Part shown: piece by piece, positions 37,139 through 46,539 of the stretch
How positions within the stretch are numbered: the first letter of the stretch is position 1
How the letters are laid out: every line of letters begins with the position of its first letter
NCBI GenBank assembly: GCA_002688315.1
Contig: NZCN01000010.1
Coordinates: forward strand, 7,756-71,755
DNA length: 64,000 bases
Source: Candidatus Woesearchaeota archaeon
GTDB lineage: Archaea; Nanobdellota; Nanobdellia; Woesearchaeales; UBA10216
Direction of reading: 5' to 3'
Position numbers and translations under genes: made by a program
Notes under the pieces: model-generated
Database searches by the model: none
What the model was told of the DNA's origin: nothing
What the model saw: only the letters and a program-made list of their open reading frames with translations

Positions 37139-39832
37139 ATGGAAGAAGTTGACTTCAATAAGATAGCAGCAAAGTGGCAGAAGAAGTGGGAAGAGAAGAA
37201 AATCTTCAAAGTTAAGGTTGACTCTAAGAAAAAGAAGTATTACTGCCTTGAGATGTACCCGTATCCGAGTGGACAGGGCTTACATATGGGCCATGTAAGA
37301 AACTACGCTATGGGGGATTCTTATGCACGCTATAAACGAATGCGTGGTTTTAACGTTTTATATCCAATGGGGTATGATGCTTTTGGAATGCCTGCAGAAA
37401 ACGCTGCTATAAAAAACAAAATTAATCCCAGAAAGTGGACAGAAGATAACATGGCTTTGATGAAGTCGCAGCAAAAGCTTCTTGGATTAAGCTATGATTG
37501 GGACAGAGAGCTAGCATCATGCAATCCTGAATATTACAAATGGAATCAATGGATATTTCTTAAGCTGCTTGAAAGAGGATTAGCTTATAAGAAAAAATCG
37601 CCTGTTAACTGGTGTGAGGATTGCGGAACTGTTCTTGCAAATGAACAGGTTGAAGACGGAGCTTGCTGGAGATGCAAGAATCCTGTAAGCGAGAAAGAAC
37701 TAGAGCAATGGTTCTTTAAGATAACAAATTATGCAGATGAGTTATTGAAAGGGCTTGATGATGTAAAAGATTGGGCTGAACGCGTTAAAACAATGCAGAG
37801 AAACTGGATTGGAAAGAGTGAGGGAACTGAAATATTTTTTCCAATAGAGAAATCCAAAGAAGCTATTCCTGCATTCACCACAAGGCCGGATACTGTTTTT
37901 TCAGTTACTTTTATCGCACTTGCTCCTGAACATCCGCTTGTTGAAAAAGTGACAAAAGGAACAAAATATGAAAAAGAAGCTAAGAAATTTGTTGAAAAAG
38001 TGAAAAGAGAATCTGTAATTGACAGAATAAACGAAGAAAAGGAAAAAGAAGGATTCTTTACAGGAAAATATGCTATTAATCCTGCCTCTGGAGAGCGAAT
38101 ACAAATCTGGATAGCAAACTTTGCAGTTATGGACTACGGAACAGGAGCTGTAATGTGTGATGCGCATGACAAACGAGATTTTAGGTTTGCAAAAAAATAT
38201 GACATACCGCTAAAAGTAGTGATTAAGCCAGCAAATGTTAAGAAATTCAGAGTGGAAGATTTGAAAGAAGCCCATACAGATGATGGGATAATGATTAATT
38301 CTGATCAGTTTAATGGGATGCATAATAGAAAAGCTTTGCCGAAAATATCTGCTTGGCTAGTGAAAAATAACAAAGGCAAGAAAGTTGTCAATTTCAAACT
38401 CCGCGACTGGCTGATTTCCAGACAGCGTTACTGGGGAACGCCAATACCGGTTATCAACTGCAAGAAGTGCGGAATTGTTGGAATTCCTGAAAAAGACTTG
38501 CCTGTTAAGCTTCCTCCTCCTGAAAAGGTTAAGTTTACTGGCGAAGGAAATCCGCTTGAAAGCTCTGAAGAATTTGTTAATGTTAAATGCCCAAAATGCA
38601 AGAGCGCTGCAACGCGTGAAACTGATACAATGGACACTTTTGTTGACAGCAGCTGGTATTTCTTCAGGTATTGCAGTCCTAAAGAAGACAAAAAGCCGTT
38701 TGATGATGAAGTTGAGTATTGGATGCCTGTTGACCAGTACATTGGAGGAATAGAGCATGCAATTCTTCATCTGTTGTATGCAAGATTTTTCACAAAAGCT
38801 TTGAGAGATATTGGATTAACAACAGTGGATGAGCCTTTCAGCAATTTGCTAAATCAAGGAATGGTTTTGAAAGATGGAATGGTTATGAGCAAAAGCAAAG
38901 GAAATATTGTTGACCCTCGTGAAATAATTGACAAGTATGGTGCTGATACTGCAAGACTGTTTATTTTATTTGTTGCACTGCCTGAGAAAGAGTTTGAGTG
39001 GAGCGATAAAGGAGCTGAAGGAAGCTATAGGCTTCTAAAAAGAGTTTATTATTTAGCAACTGAAAAACCAAAGTACAAAAAAACTGTTGACAATAAAGAC
39101 AAACACATCTTAAGCAAGACACATCAAACAATAAAGCAAGTTACTGAATCTTATGAAGAATTAAAACCAAGCGTTGCTATTGGAAAAATTATTGAACTGG
39201 TAAATCACATTTACAAGTACCGGGAAGCTTCTGTTAACAAAAAAGTGTATGAAGAAGCGGTAAAGAATTTGACTTTGCTAATTGCGCCTTTTGCACCGCA
39301 TTTAGCTGAAGAAGTTTGGGAAAAACTTGGAAACAAAAAGATGGTTAGCTTGGAAAGCTGGCCTGAATACGATCAAAGCAGGATAGACAAAGAAGCTGAA
39401 TTTGCTGACGAGCTTGTTCATAATGTTTTGAGTGATGTTGAAAAAATCATTGAACTTGCAGGAATAAAAGAACCTAAGAAAATAACATTGATAATTGCAG
39501 CAGACTGGAAATATACTTTGCTAAAAACATTGGTAACTGCTATGAAAGACACAAGAGATACAAAAGCAGTTATTGGAACTTGCATGGATGAGAGAAAAGT
39601 AAAAGCATATGCAAAATATGCTGTAAAAATAATACAAGCTCTTCTAAAAGACAACTCCAAAATCCCAAAGATTCTTCTAGAAGAGAAAAAAGAGTTGGAA
39701 TCTTACAAAGCAGCTATTGAAACCATAGAAAAAGAGTATGGAACCAAAGCTGAAATAATATCTGAAAAAGAAACAGAAAACGCAAAGGCAAAACAGGCGC
39801 TGCCTGGAAAGCCAGCAATAGTTGTAGAGTGA
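37139..39832 (+). CDS. leuS: Leucyl-tRNA synthetase, bacterial type
   Basis: [23 protein letters not shown] (HIGH), [27 protein letters not shown] and VMSKSKGN (KMSKS). The N-terminal ~230 aa align closely by eye with E. coli LeuS. Confidence 0.95.
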   Translation: MEEVDFNKIAAKWQKKWEEKKIFKVKVDSKKKKYYCLEMYPYPSGQGLHMGHVRNYAMGDSYARYKRMRGFNVLYPMGYDAFGMPAENAAIKNKINPRKWTEDNMALMKSQQKLLGLSYDWDRELASCNPEYYKWNQWIFLKLLERGLAYKKKSPVNWCEDCGTVLANEQVEDGACWRCKNPVSEKELEQWFFKITNYADELLKGLDDVKDWAERVKTMQRNWIGKSEGTEIFFPIEKSKEAIPAFTTRPDTVFSVTFIALAPEHPLVEKVTKGTKYEKEAKKFVEKVKRESVIDRINEEKEKEGFFTGKYAINPASGERIQIWIANFAVMDYGTGAVMCDAHDKRDFRFAKKYDIPLKVVIKPANVKKFRVEDLKEAHTDDGIMINSDQFNGMHNRKALPKISAWLVKNNKGKKVVNFKLRDWLISRQRYWGTPIPVINCKKCGIVGIPEKDLPVKLPPPEKVKFTGEGNPLESSEEFVNVKCPKCKSAATRETDTMDTFVDSSWYFFRYCSPKEDKKPFDDEVEYWMPVDQYIGGIEHAILHLLYARFFTKALRDIGLTTVDEPFSNLLNQGMVLKDGMVMSKSKGNIVDPREIIDKYGADTARLFILFVALPEKEFEWSDKGAEGSYRLLKRVYYLATEKPKYKKTVDNKDKHILSKTHQTIKQVTESYEELKPSVAIGKIIELVNHIYKYREASVNKKVYEEAVKNLTLLIAPFAPHLAEEVWEKLGNKKMVSLESWPEYDQSRIDKEAEFADELVHNVLSDVEKIIELAGIKEPKKITLIIAADWKYTLLKTLVTAMKDTRDTKAVIGTCMDERKVKAYAKYAVKIIQALLKDNSKIPKILLEEKKELESYKAAIETIEKEYGTKAEIISEKETENAKAKQALPGKPAIVVE

Positions 39833-40320
39833 ATCTCATGCACGAAATGAGTTGGAAAGATGTTTATTTGTTTACTTCTGATGATTCAACACTAGCTAAA
39901 TTCTTATTTCCAAAACTTTTTCAAGCAACGTCTATACAAGAAATGAAGAATTACTGTTCCATTAGAAACAGAAGAGAATTGTTTATGCTGGATGTAACAG
40001 TTGCTGGAAATGGCGATAATATTACACTTGTTGACAAAACAAGCGATATAGAAGCTTATGTTAATCGTAGAGATACGATTGACGAAAAGACATTTGAAGC
40101 TGCAAAAGAATTAAGTATAGGAAGAAATTTAACTGTGATAGGGATGTATGGTTCAGGAGAAAAGGCATTATATTTGCCGATTCGTATTAATGGGGCACTT
40201 GCAGCATTACCATTTAATAGAGTAGTAGCAGAGAGAGGCAAACTTAATATATTATATGTTCTACCTGAGGAAATAAAAGAAACAACAGGAGAAAGTTTAC
40301 CATTCCCTGTAATGATTTGA
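39829..40320 (+). CDS. Hypothetical protein (163 aa) translationally coupled between leuS and nadK
   Basis: The GTG start overlaps the leuS stop, and the stop overlaps the nadK start region. I recognise no motif. Confidence 0.5.
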   Translation: MNLMHEMSWKDVYLFTSDDSTLAKFLFPKLFQATSIQEMKNYCSIRNRRELFMLDVTVAGNGDNITLVDKTSDIEAYVNRRDTIDEKTFEAAKELSIGRNLTVIGMYGSGEKALYLPIRINGALAALPFNRVVAERGKLNILYVLPEEIKETTGESLPFPVMI

Positions 40321-40322
40321 AA

Positions 40323-41102
40323 ATGAAACTTTCAATAAAAAAAGTTTTGCTAGTGTACTACGTGCATAATTACAAAACTCTTGAACTGGTTGAGAAATGC
40401 TTGAAATCACATAAAATATCTTATACTGCAACAAGACGAGTGCATCTAACAAACACATTATGCAAAAACAAAGATTTAGTTATAGTTGTGGGAGGAGATG
40501 GCACTTTTCTTAGAGCAGCACATCACACAAACAATACACCGATTTTTGCAGTCAGCTCTGACACTAGATATAATGAAGCATTTTATGGGCAAGCAACGCC
40601 GAAAGATTTTGTAAAGAAGTTTAAGCGTTTGATGAAAGGCAAATTTCGAATAAGGAAACTGCCAAGATTAGAGGCAAAGATAAATGGAGTTAAACTGCCG
40701 TATCTTGCAGTGAATGAAATCTTTGTTGGAAGCAGACATCCGTATCATACTTCAAGATATGTTTTGAATGTACGCGGTAAAAGTGAGTTCCAAAAAAGCA
40801 GCGGAGTTCTTATTACAACAAAAACAGGCAGTACTGGCTGGGCAAAAAGCGCTGCAAAAGGAAAATTGAAAATACCAGAGAACGGGTTTGGATATGTTGT
40901 AAGAGAACCATACATTGGAAGACTTACAAAATCAAAGCTGCTGAAAGGCAGCTTGTCTGCTAAAGATAAAGTAAAAATCAATTCTCAAATGCATGCAGGA
41001 ATTGTTGTTGTTGATTCATCTGAAAAAGCGCATAAATTTGTCGACGGAGATAAATTGGAAGTTACAGTTTCCAAGAATTCTTTGAATTATGTTGAGTTTT
41101 GA
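40323..41102 (+). CDS. nadK: NAD(+) kinase
   Basis: VVGGDGTFLRAAH (the GGDGT motif), NEIFVG, and the TGSTGWAKSA NAD-kinase motif. Confidence 0.85.
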   Translation: MKLSIKKVLLVYYVHNYKTLELVEKCLKSHKISYTATRRVHLTNTLCKNKDLVIVVGGDGTFLRAAHHTNNTPIFAVSSDTRYNEAFYGQATPKDFVKKFKRLMKGKFRIRKLPRLEAKINGVKLPYLAVNEIFVGSRHPYHTSRYVLNVRGKSEFQKSSGVLITTKTGSTGWAKSAAKGKLKIPENGFGYVVREPYIGRLTKSKLLKGSLSAKDKVKINSQMHAGIVVVDSSEKAHKFVDGDKLEVTVSKNSLNYVEF

Positions 41103-41149
41103 TTTATAAATAGAAAAAATTCTTAAAGAAATTAGCAAGCATAACTTAA

Positions 41150-41992
41150 ATGGGCTGGTTTCATAGAGACTTGCAAGAAGAAATAGACAGAATAATTCAA
41201 ACACTAGATAGAGATAACATTGAATTGCCACGAGATTGGCAATGGGTAAAAAAGAAACAACCCAAACTTTCTGAGATAGATGCTCTAGACGTTGAGTTGA
41301 TGAAAAAAATAGTAGAATTACACAAAAGAGGATTAGATATTCCTGAATTAGCCAAAGAACTTTTTGAGAAAACAAGACTTCTGCACCATTATCTTAACAC
41401 ATTGAAGCACAACTCTAATGTAAATGCAACAACCATAGACGAGTTAATAAATGAAATTAAGAAACTATACCAACAAGAAGCAAATACTGAAGCAAGTTAC
41501 GAAAGGTTAATTGTGTCGACTCCATATGCGTATAGGCTTTCGCATAGAACAAACAAAGGAAGTGCTGAAATGATAATGAAAAGAGGGTTTGGTAGTTTTG
41601 ACTTCTATCAGAGACAAGGGCCATTGGTTACACTCACAGGAACAGCGGATTTACTTTCGGAACATACTGAACAAGCCATCCACCAAATAGGACAACGGCA
41701 TAGAGGGAACGACGTTGTAGTTATAATAGAAATTCCAAAAGCTATAATGCAAAAAGCGCAAGAAAGAATTAAGGAAAGATTGGCAAGCGAAAAAGCATCT
41801 GGCGGAATACCGTTATTGGGATTAGCAGGAACTGACAGATGGAACATAGAAGATCCCTTGTTAGTTTATTATCCAGATGGCACAAAAAATAGCCAATCAC
41901 TAAAACCAGAATATATTCTCGGTTACGCAGAATTGGCGATGAAACGAATACACATGAATCCAAAATACAAAAACGGGTTGCATTACGGTTAA
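41150..41992 (+). CDS. Hypothetical protein (280 aa)
   Basis: Long ORF with no motif recognised. Its end abuts the SRP RNA gene. Confidence 0.5.
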   Translation: MGWFHRDLQEEIDRIIQTLDRDNIELPRDWQWVKKKQPKLSEIDALDVELMKKIVELHKRGLDIPELAKELFEKTRLLHHYLNTLKHNSNVNATTIDELINEIKKLYQQEANTEASYERLIVSTPYAYRLSHRTNKGSAEMIMKRGFGSFDFYQRQGPLVTLTGTADLLSEHTEQAIHQIGQRHRGNDVVVIIEIPKAIMQKAQERIKERLASEKASGGIPLLGLAGTDRWNIEDPLLVYYPDGTKNSQSLKPEYILGYAELAMKRIHMNPKYKNGLHYG

Positions 41993-41999
41993 TAAAAGT

Positions 42000-42273
42000 A
42001 GGCAGGCGCACTAGCAATTGAATCAAACTTTTGCCAAAAGATTAACCTTGACTTTTCCTCGCTTCCGCGACCCTTCAAGCGCCATCGCATATGATTAACG
42101 CTGCTCTGTTCCCAGCCTGACGTGGTTTTCAAAAGCAACAACCCTGAAGGACAGAAGGTCAACGTACGAGCCAAGACCTTCGGCTACAGTCTGAACCGCT
42201 CACCAGCTTCACTCCACCGTAAAGCCCGTTTGTGGTAACAAAAGAGGGCTAACCTCCCAGTATAGCCTGCCTG
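42000..42273 (-). ncRNA. ffs: Signal recognition particle RNA (7S/SRP RNA)
   Basis: This segment is GC-enriched and non-coding. The minus strand contains GTCAGGCTGGGAACAGAGCAGCG, which is the helix-8 motif with a GGAA (GNAR) tetraloop on a CTG/CAG stem and a flanking AGCA loop. The termini pair (GGCAGGC...GCCTGCC). Length is about 270 nt. The ends are approximate. Confidence 0.8.
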
Positions 42274-42297
42274 TAAAAAGCGAAGATTTAGGGGTTT

Positions 42298-42609
42298 TTA
42301 AATCTGTCTAAATTCGCCAAAGATAGAAGATGTTTCTTCTGCCCGTACTCTAGCAGAAGCGCCGTCAATTTCTGCGGTGTCATAAATATCATTAACTGTC
42401 ATTAACCTATCACGAAATACGCTAAGAGAATAGTCATCATCCCGAGGGATATCTTGATGTAAGCAACTTAACATTCTAAATAATTGCTCCATAACAATTA
42501 CTGTTTCTGCGTGTTCAGGACAACCCTTAAGATCTCTTAGTTTATCATCTAATTTATCTAGGTCAATTTCGCCGTCTACGAAGGCTTCTGGAAGAGTTTC
42601 AAATTCCAT
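42298..42609 (-). CDS. Hypothetical acidic protein (103 aa)
   Basis: ORF only; rich in D and E. Confidence 0.45.
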   Translation of the reverse strand: MEFETLPEAFVDGEIDLDKLDDKLRDLKGCPEHAETVIVMEQLFRMLSCLHQDIPRDDDYSLSVFRDRLMTVNDIYDTAEIDGASARVRAEETSSIFGEFRQI

Positions 42610-42645
42610 AGAAAAAAGTTAACTGGGAAGGGTTTTTAAAAGTAA

Positions 42646-43167
42646 CTATTCGTAAGAATCTAGTTCATGTAGGATGCTTTTAACAGCGGATTGATGAAAT
42701 TCATAATTGTTTAGAACAGGGTCTTGCCTATTCTGTCTAATTGAATTAAGCCCAGATCCAACATAACCTAAAGCTCCTATTCCAATAGTTGTTGCAAGAG
42801 TAATTCCTGCTAACATCCAACTTGATGTTATTTTTGGTGCTATAAAAGCTATATCAACTAATAACGTAGCGCCTGCGCCTATTGTTAAAGCTCCCCAATT
42901 TCTAAAATTTTGCCAAGAAAACAAATCATCAATGTAAGTTAAATCTTCTTCTAAACTTTTTGATCCTTTGATTATCCCTGTAGTTGGAGAACGTGATGAT
43001 CCTCTTCTTGCTACAGCAACATAAGAATCATTGTTAGAATAAAGCGTAAATCTTCCATGCGTTCCATATTGCTCATAGCCAAGCTCATCTTCCAGTAAAG
43101 AACACACATCATCAGGGTTAAAATTCGCATTTTTTTCAACCTGTTGGATTAGTGTTTCTACGGACAT
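42646..43167 (-). CDS. Hypothetical membrane protein (173 aa)
   Basis: A soluble N-terminal half is followed by two predicted TM segments (WGALTIGAGATLLVDIAFI and MLAGITLATTIGIGALGYV). Confidence 0.5.
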   Translation of the reverse strand: MSVETLIQQVEKNANFNPDDVCSLLEDELGYEQYGTHGRFTLYSNNDSYVAVARRGSSRSPTTGIIKGSKSLEEDLTYIDDLFSWQNFRNWGALTIGAGATLLVDIAFIAPKITSSWMLAGITLATTIGIGALGYVGSGLNSIRQNRQDPVLNNYEFHQSAVKSILHELDSYE

Positions 43168-43202
43168 TAAATAGTTAGATATTTTAATCTACTTTATAAT
43201 TT

Positions 43203-44093
43203 TTATGATATTAGCAGAATAATACCATACCCGACAAAGCATCCTGCACTGACAAAAGGCATTGCTGGGTAGAATTTTCCTTTCTTGCTGAGGGCAAACA
43301 GAATTGCTAATCCTAAGGTTGCGAAAACAGGTATAACAAATGCTTTCTGGAAGCCGAATTGAGCCATTATAGTTCCTGCAAACAGCAATGGAAAGGCAAT
43401 ATCTCCTCCGCCAAGTATTGCTACACTCGCTTCCTTGGATGTTTTTTTACTGCTTGTTTTTTTAGTTTTAGAAATGGTTATTTTAGTAATTGAAGACAAA
43501 GATTTAGGAATAGTTAAGCCTGCAAACATATTTGAAGAAGTCTGGAATTTTGCCATAGCAACCATGTGCTTGCTTTTCCATACTGCATACATGTCATAAG
43601 CTGAAATAAGAAGTAAAAGAATAATTGCTGAAAAAATATTCAGTATGGGAACAAATATAGCTGCCAGCCCGCTGTAAATAAACAGTTCAGTAAAGTTATG
43701 AACAATAAAGTTTGGCTTGAAAAGCTTAAGAAGTGAAGCAATCAAAGCAGTAATCCATGCTATTGCCTGAGGGATAAAAACTGTCCAAGCAACTGCCAGT
43801 GAGAGTGTAACAGCAAGAAAATACCATGCTTTCCAAATCTTGAATTTTTTGAATTTTATCAGTATTAGAAGAATCGAAGTTCCAAGAATAACTGCAAATG
43901 TGATAAACAAGAACGCGTAATTAGGCTCTACATCCGGCCTTTCAATACCGCCAGGAAGAGCTTTGTAAGAAACAATGCCTGTTTTCTCAGTAAGCTCCTG
44001 GTCAACGTAATTATCAAGAACAAACAAGCCTATGAATTGGGCTACAAAGAATAACCCAAGCAAAGCAAAAACAATGGGAAAGGAATGCTTCAT
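43203..44093 (-). CDS. Presenilin/signal-peptide-peptidase-family intramembrane aspartyl protease (A22)
   Basis: Polytopic, with a YD motif (SAYDMYAVW), a GxGD motif (LGGGDIAFP) and a PAL-like motif (YPAMPFV). Confidence 0.8.
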   Translation of the reverse strand: MKHSFPIVFALLGLFFVAQFIGLFVLDNYVDQELTEKTGIVSYKALPGGIERPDVEPNYAFLFITFAVILGTSILLILIKFKKFKIWKAWYFLAVTLSLAVAWTVFIPQAIAWITALIASLLKLFKPNFIVHNFTELFIYSGLAAIFVPILNIFSAIILLLLISAYDMYAVWKSKHMVAMAKFQTSSNMFAGLTIPKSLSSITKITISKTKKTSSKKTSKEASVAILGGGDIAFPLLFAGTIMAQFGFQKAFVIPVFATLGLAILFALSKKGKFYPAMPFVSAGCFVGYGIILLIS

Positions 44094-44097
44094 ATGT

Positions 44098-44592
44098 ATG
44101 AATTTTAGAGTTAACTATATAAATATTATTAACATTCCAAACACAGTGAAAATAGCTAATAATGTTAACGTAAGGGTTTTCTGCAAGGAAGATGAAGATA
44201 AAAAACTGGTAATTGAAAAGCTTAAGTTTTTGCTTCCGTTTGATTTAGAGAAAGAAAAAGTAAAGATAGAAGAAAAAAAAGCAGAAGGGTTTGATGACAA
44301 GAAAATAAATGTGATTAAAGTATTTCTAACCAAAGACAGACACATAAATACGTTTATTGAAAATTTGATTATTAAGCTTGGTGAAGAGAAAAAAACATTG
44401 TTAGAGCAAATTGGCTCTAGATTAGATGATGACTTGAATTTCTTTATCAGGCTGGATAAGAATATGCTATTGAAAGACAAATTTGTTTTAACAGATGCTG
44501 GTGATTGCTATCACATAAGAATTAACATTGCTGCCTTTCCCAAAAAGAAAGAAAAAGCAGTTGTTGTGTTGAAAGAGTTGTTTAAGTGTTAA
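44098..44592 (+). CDS. RNA-binding protein of the predicted exosome-subunit family (COG1931-like)
   Basis: VNVRVFCKEDEDKKLVIEKLKFLLPFDLE...NFFIRLDKNMLL matches my memory of this archaeal family. The ATG at 44098 avoids the overlap with the presenilin gene. Confidence 0.65.
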   Translation: MNFRVNYINIINIPNTVKIANNVNVRVFCKEDEDKKLVIEKLKFLLPFDLEKEKVKIEEKKAEGFDDKKINVIKVFLTKDRHINTFIENLIIKLGEEKKTLLEQIGSRLDDDLNFFIRLDKNMLLKDKFVLTDAGDCYHIRINIAAFPKKKEKAVVVLKELFKC

Positions 44593-44625
44593 GTCGAGTT
44601 GTTAAGTACGCATCTTTTCTCTACA

Positions 44626-44720
44626 CTGGCTCTGCCCAAGTAAGCATGCGTGCTTGGGTTAACTTCTCCCTCCCTTAAAGGTATGGGAGGGGGAAGTTGA
44701 GTTCGAAGAACCAGAGCTAG
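44626..44720 (+). ncRNA. Candidate structured RNA: a GC-rich four-way junction (cloverleaf-like, but not a canonical tRNA); strand uncertain
   Basis: Closing stem CTGGCTCTG/CAGAGCTAG is 9 bp with one G-U. Hairpin 1 is CCCAAG(12 nt)CTTGGG. Hairpin 2 is AACTTCTCCCTCCC(10 nt)GGGAGGGGGAAGTT, 14 bp. Hairpin 3 is GTTC(GAA)GAAC. It sits in a 158-nt intergenic gap. Confidence 0.3.
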
Positions 44721-44750
44721 CGAGGGGTTAATTAGAATGTTGACTTTACA

Positions 44751-45233
44751 TTAAGGCAGTATTTTTATGTTAAAATATTTTTTAAAATACCCTTTATTCC
44801 TTGTCAGAAGAAGCTCTGCATTATTTTGAGCGTGAGCACCTATAAGAAAATCTGTTAGAATGTGGTTTCTCCACGTAACTTGTGATTTACATTTATTGCA
44901 GTTGAATTTATTCACTGCGCCACATTTAGGGCACTGAATTTGTTTAAATTTTGAGAATTTATGCCATCTCTCAGCAGAAAGATTGAAATCTTCCATAGCA
45001 AAATCATATATTTGCACATCTAAATCTCTTAAAAAGAGATGCAGTTCAGAAATTGCTTCGTTCTTCCTGTATTTTCGCAAAAAAGCTGTAAGGATCTCAG
45101 AATACACAATTGGCGAAATCATCAAGCTGCCCATATTGCTGTATTTCTCAAGTAAAGCGCTACTCTGCCCTAAATATGTTAAATCGTTACCAAGAATATC
45201 AAGTAATATGTTAGTGTCAACCGCAGTTATCAT
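44751..45233 (-). CDS. vapC: PIN-domain toxin (VapC-like) with an inserted CxxC...CxxC zinc ribbon
   Basis: N-terminal ITAVDTNILLDIL. The insert is CPKCGAVNKFNCNKCK. A C-terminal DFLIGAHA follows. Confidence 0.8.
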   Translation of the reverse strand: MITAVDTNILLDILGNDLTYLGQSSALLEKYSNMGSLMISPIVYSEILTAFLRKYRKNEAISELHLFLRDLDVQIYDFAMEDFNLSAERWHKFSKFKQIQCPKCGAVNKFNCNKCKSQVTWRNHILTDFLIGAHAQNNAELLLTRNKGYFKKYFNIKILP

Positions 45234-45436
45234 CTCAACTCCTTCATAATGTCATCAGTTTTAAATCTGCCAAGGCGCCCCTTCCACTTATCAAAAGGTA
45301 GTTTTTTTGGTTTCTTTAGCAAAACAACTTTACCGTGTTCCATTTCAAAGTCTACCTCATCGCCTGGCTTCACACCTAAAGCTGTCCTAAACTGCTTTGG
45401 AATTGTTACCTGAGATTTTTGAGTTAAAGTAGTCAT
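45230..45436 (-). CDS. vapB: AbrB/SpoVT-family antitoxin (VapB-like)
   Basis: KSQVTIPKQFRTALGVKPGDEVDFE is an AbrB swapped-hairpin motif. It overlaps the PIN gene by 4 nt. Confidence 0.8.
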   Translation of the reverse strand: MTTLTQKSQVTIPKQFRTALGVKPGDEVDFEMEHGKVVLLKKPKKLPFDKWKGRLGRFKTDDIMKELR

Positions 45437-45538
45437 AGTAATACTTTTAAAGTAATACGTATTACTATTTAAATCTTACTATTTAGAACTTTTCACCAAT
45501 CAAAAAATATTTAAAACTACATTTTGTTTTGTCATATA

Positions 45539-46210
45539 ATGAATGATGTAAAAGTTAAACTTTCTGAAAATCTAAAAAAAGATTATCCAAACATAAAAGT
45601 TGCGATGTTAGAAGTTAGGAACGTTGTAAACAAAAAATCTGATTCTAAACTTGAAAATGAAAAAAGAAAACTTGAAGCATTTATAAGGAAGGAAGGTAAA
45701 AACTTGGAGAATAGCGATGTCATAAAGAACTACGATCGCTTTTTCAAGAAGTTTGGGAAGAGTTATCCCATTCAGTTTCAGATAAAATCAATACTTAACG
45801 GGCAGAGTTTTCCAGCGGTATCCACGGTTGTTGAAGCCATGTTTATGGCAGAACTGAAAAGTATGTTTCTAACTGCAGGGCATGATTTGGACTCATTAAA
45901 GGGAGAGTTACATACGAAAATGACAGGTGGAAGGGAGAGATATGAAAGAATAAATGGAAAGGAGCAGCAGTTGAAGGCAGGAGATATAATTACTTCGGAT
46001 GAGGAAAGCATAATATCAAGTGTTTTGTACGGTCCTGACCGTAGAACCAGTATCAATATGAATACGAAAAATTGCCTTTTTTTCTCATATTTTCCATACG
46101 GAGAAGATGACGCAAATATTAGACTGCACTTTAATAACATACTAAGCTATATAAAGCTCAGTTCTGATGGCGAACCAGAATTCTCAGAAGTCACTATATT
46201 TCAAATATAG
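45539..46210 (+). CDS. B3/B4 (PheRS-beta-like) tRNA-binding-domain protein
   Basis: From memory its size and the pattern ...VVEAMFMAELKSMFLTAGHDLD...GE.. fit stand-alone B3_4 domain proteins. Confidence 0.6.
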   Translation: MNDVKVKLSENLKKDYPNIKVAMLEVRNVVNKKSDSKLENEKRKLEAFIRKEGKNLENSDVIKNYDRFFKKFGKSYPIQFQIKSILNGQSFPAVSTVVEAMFMAELKSMFLTAGHDLDSLKGELHTKMTGGRERYERINGKEQQLKAGDIITSDEESIISSVLYGPDRRTSINMNTKNCLFFSYFPYGEDDANIRLHFNNILSYIKLSSDGEPEFSEVTIFQI

Positions 46211-46320
46211 TATATTTGCACCTATACAAAGGTATATAAAGAAGTTATAACTTTCAATATATTGATTAAAATGACTAATGCAAACCGCGATGGTTGCCTT
46301 TGGGCAGCGTCAGGAACTGA

Positions 46321-46539
46321 CTGGTTGCCTTTGGGCGTAAGAGTTGTAGATTAGTTCTCGGAGTTCTAAGTAGTTGTAAATCTGGCATTTCTCAGAAAGA
46401 AATTGTAGATAAGACTGGGCTTTCTTTGAGGAGTGTTAAGGGTTCTCTAAAGATTCTCGAGTCTATGGAATTAATATTTTCTATATTGCAATTAAATGAT
46501 GTGAGAAGGAAGTTGTATTTTTCTGAGGTTGAGAAATGA
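46321..46539 (+). pseudogene. Winged-helix (MarR/TrmB-like) reading frame lacking a standard start codon; possibly a degraded gene
   Basis: The open frame reads ..LVLGVLSSCKSGISQKEIVDKTGLSLRSVKGSLKILESMELI.. and ends in an ATGA overlap with the racemase gene. There is no ATG, GTG or TTG near its 5' end. An upstream ATG (46271) is in another frame and terminates at 46351. Confidence 0.3.

Noticed and set aside
41989-42174. 61-aa ORF on the minus strand overlapping the GC-rich segment.
   Set aside because: The region folds as SRP RNA, with the helix-8 GGAA tetraloop motif and paired termini. The ORF is an artefact of the structured RNA.
44626-44720. Whether the cloverleaf-like element is a tRNA (with or without an intron) or a 5S rRNA.
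   Set aside because: It has no 7-nt anticodon loop with U33 and no GTTCRANYC T-loop with a 5-bp stem. The D-arm geometry is wrong, and there is no bulge-helix-bulge. The conserved 5S loop motifs are absent. I kept it only as an unclassified ncRNA candidate.
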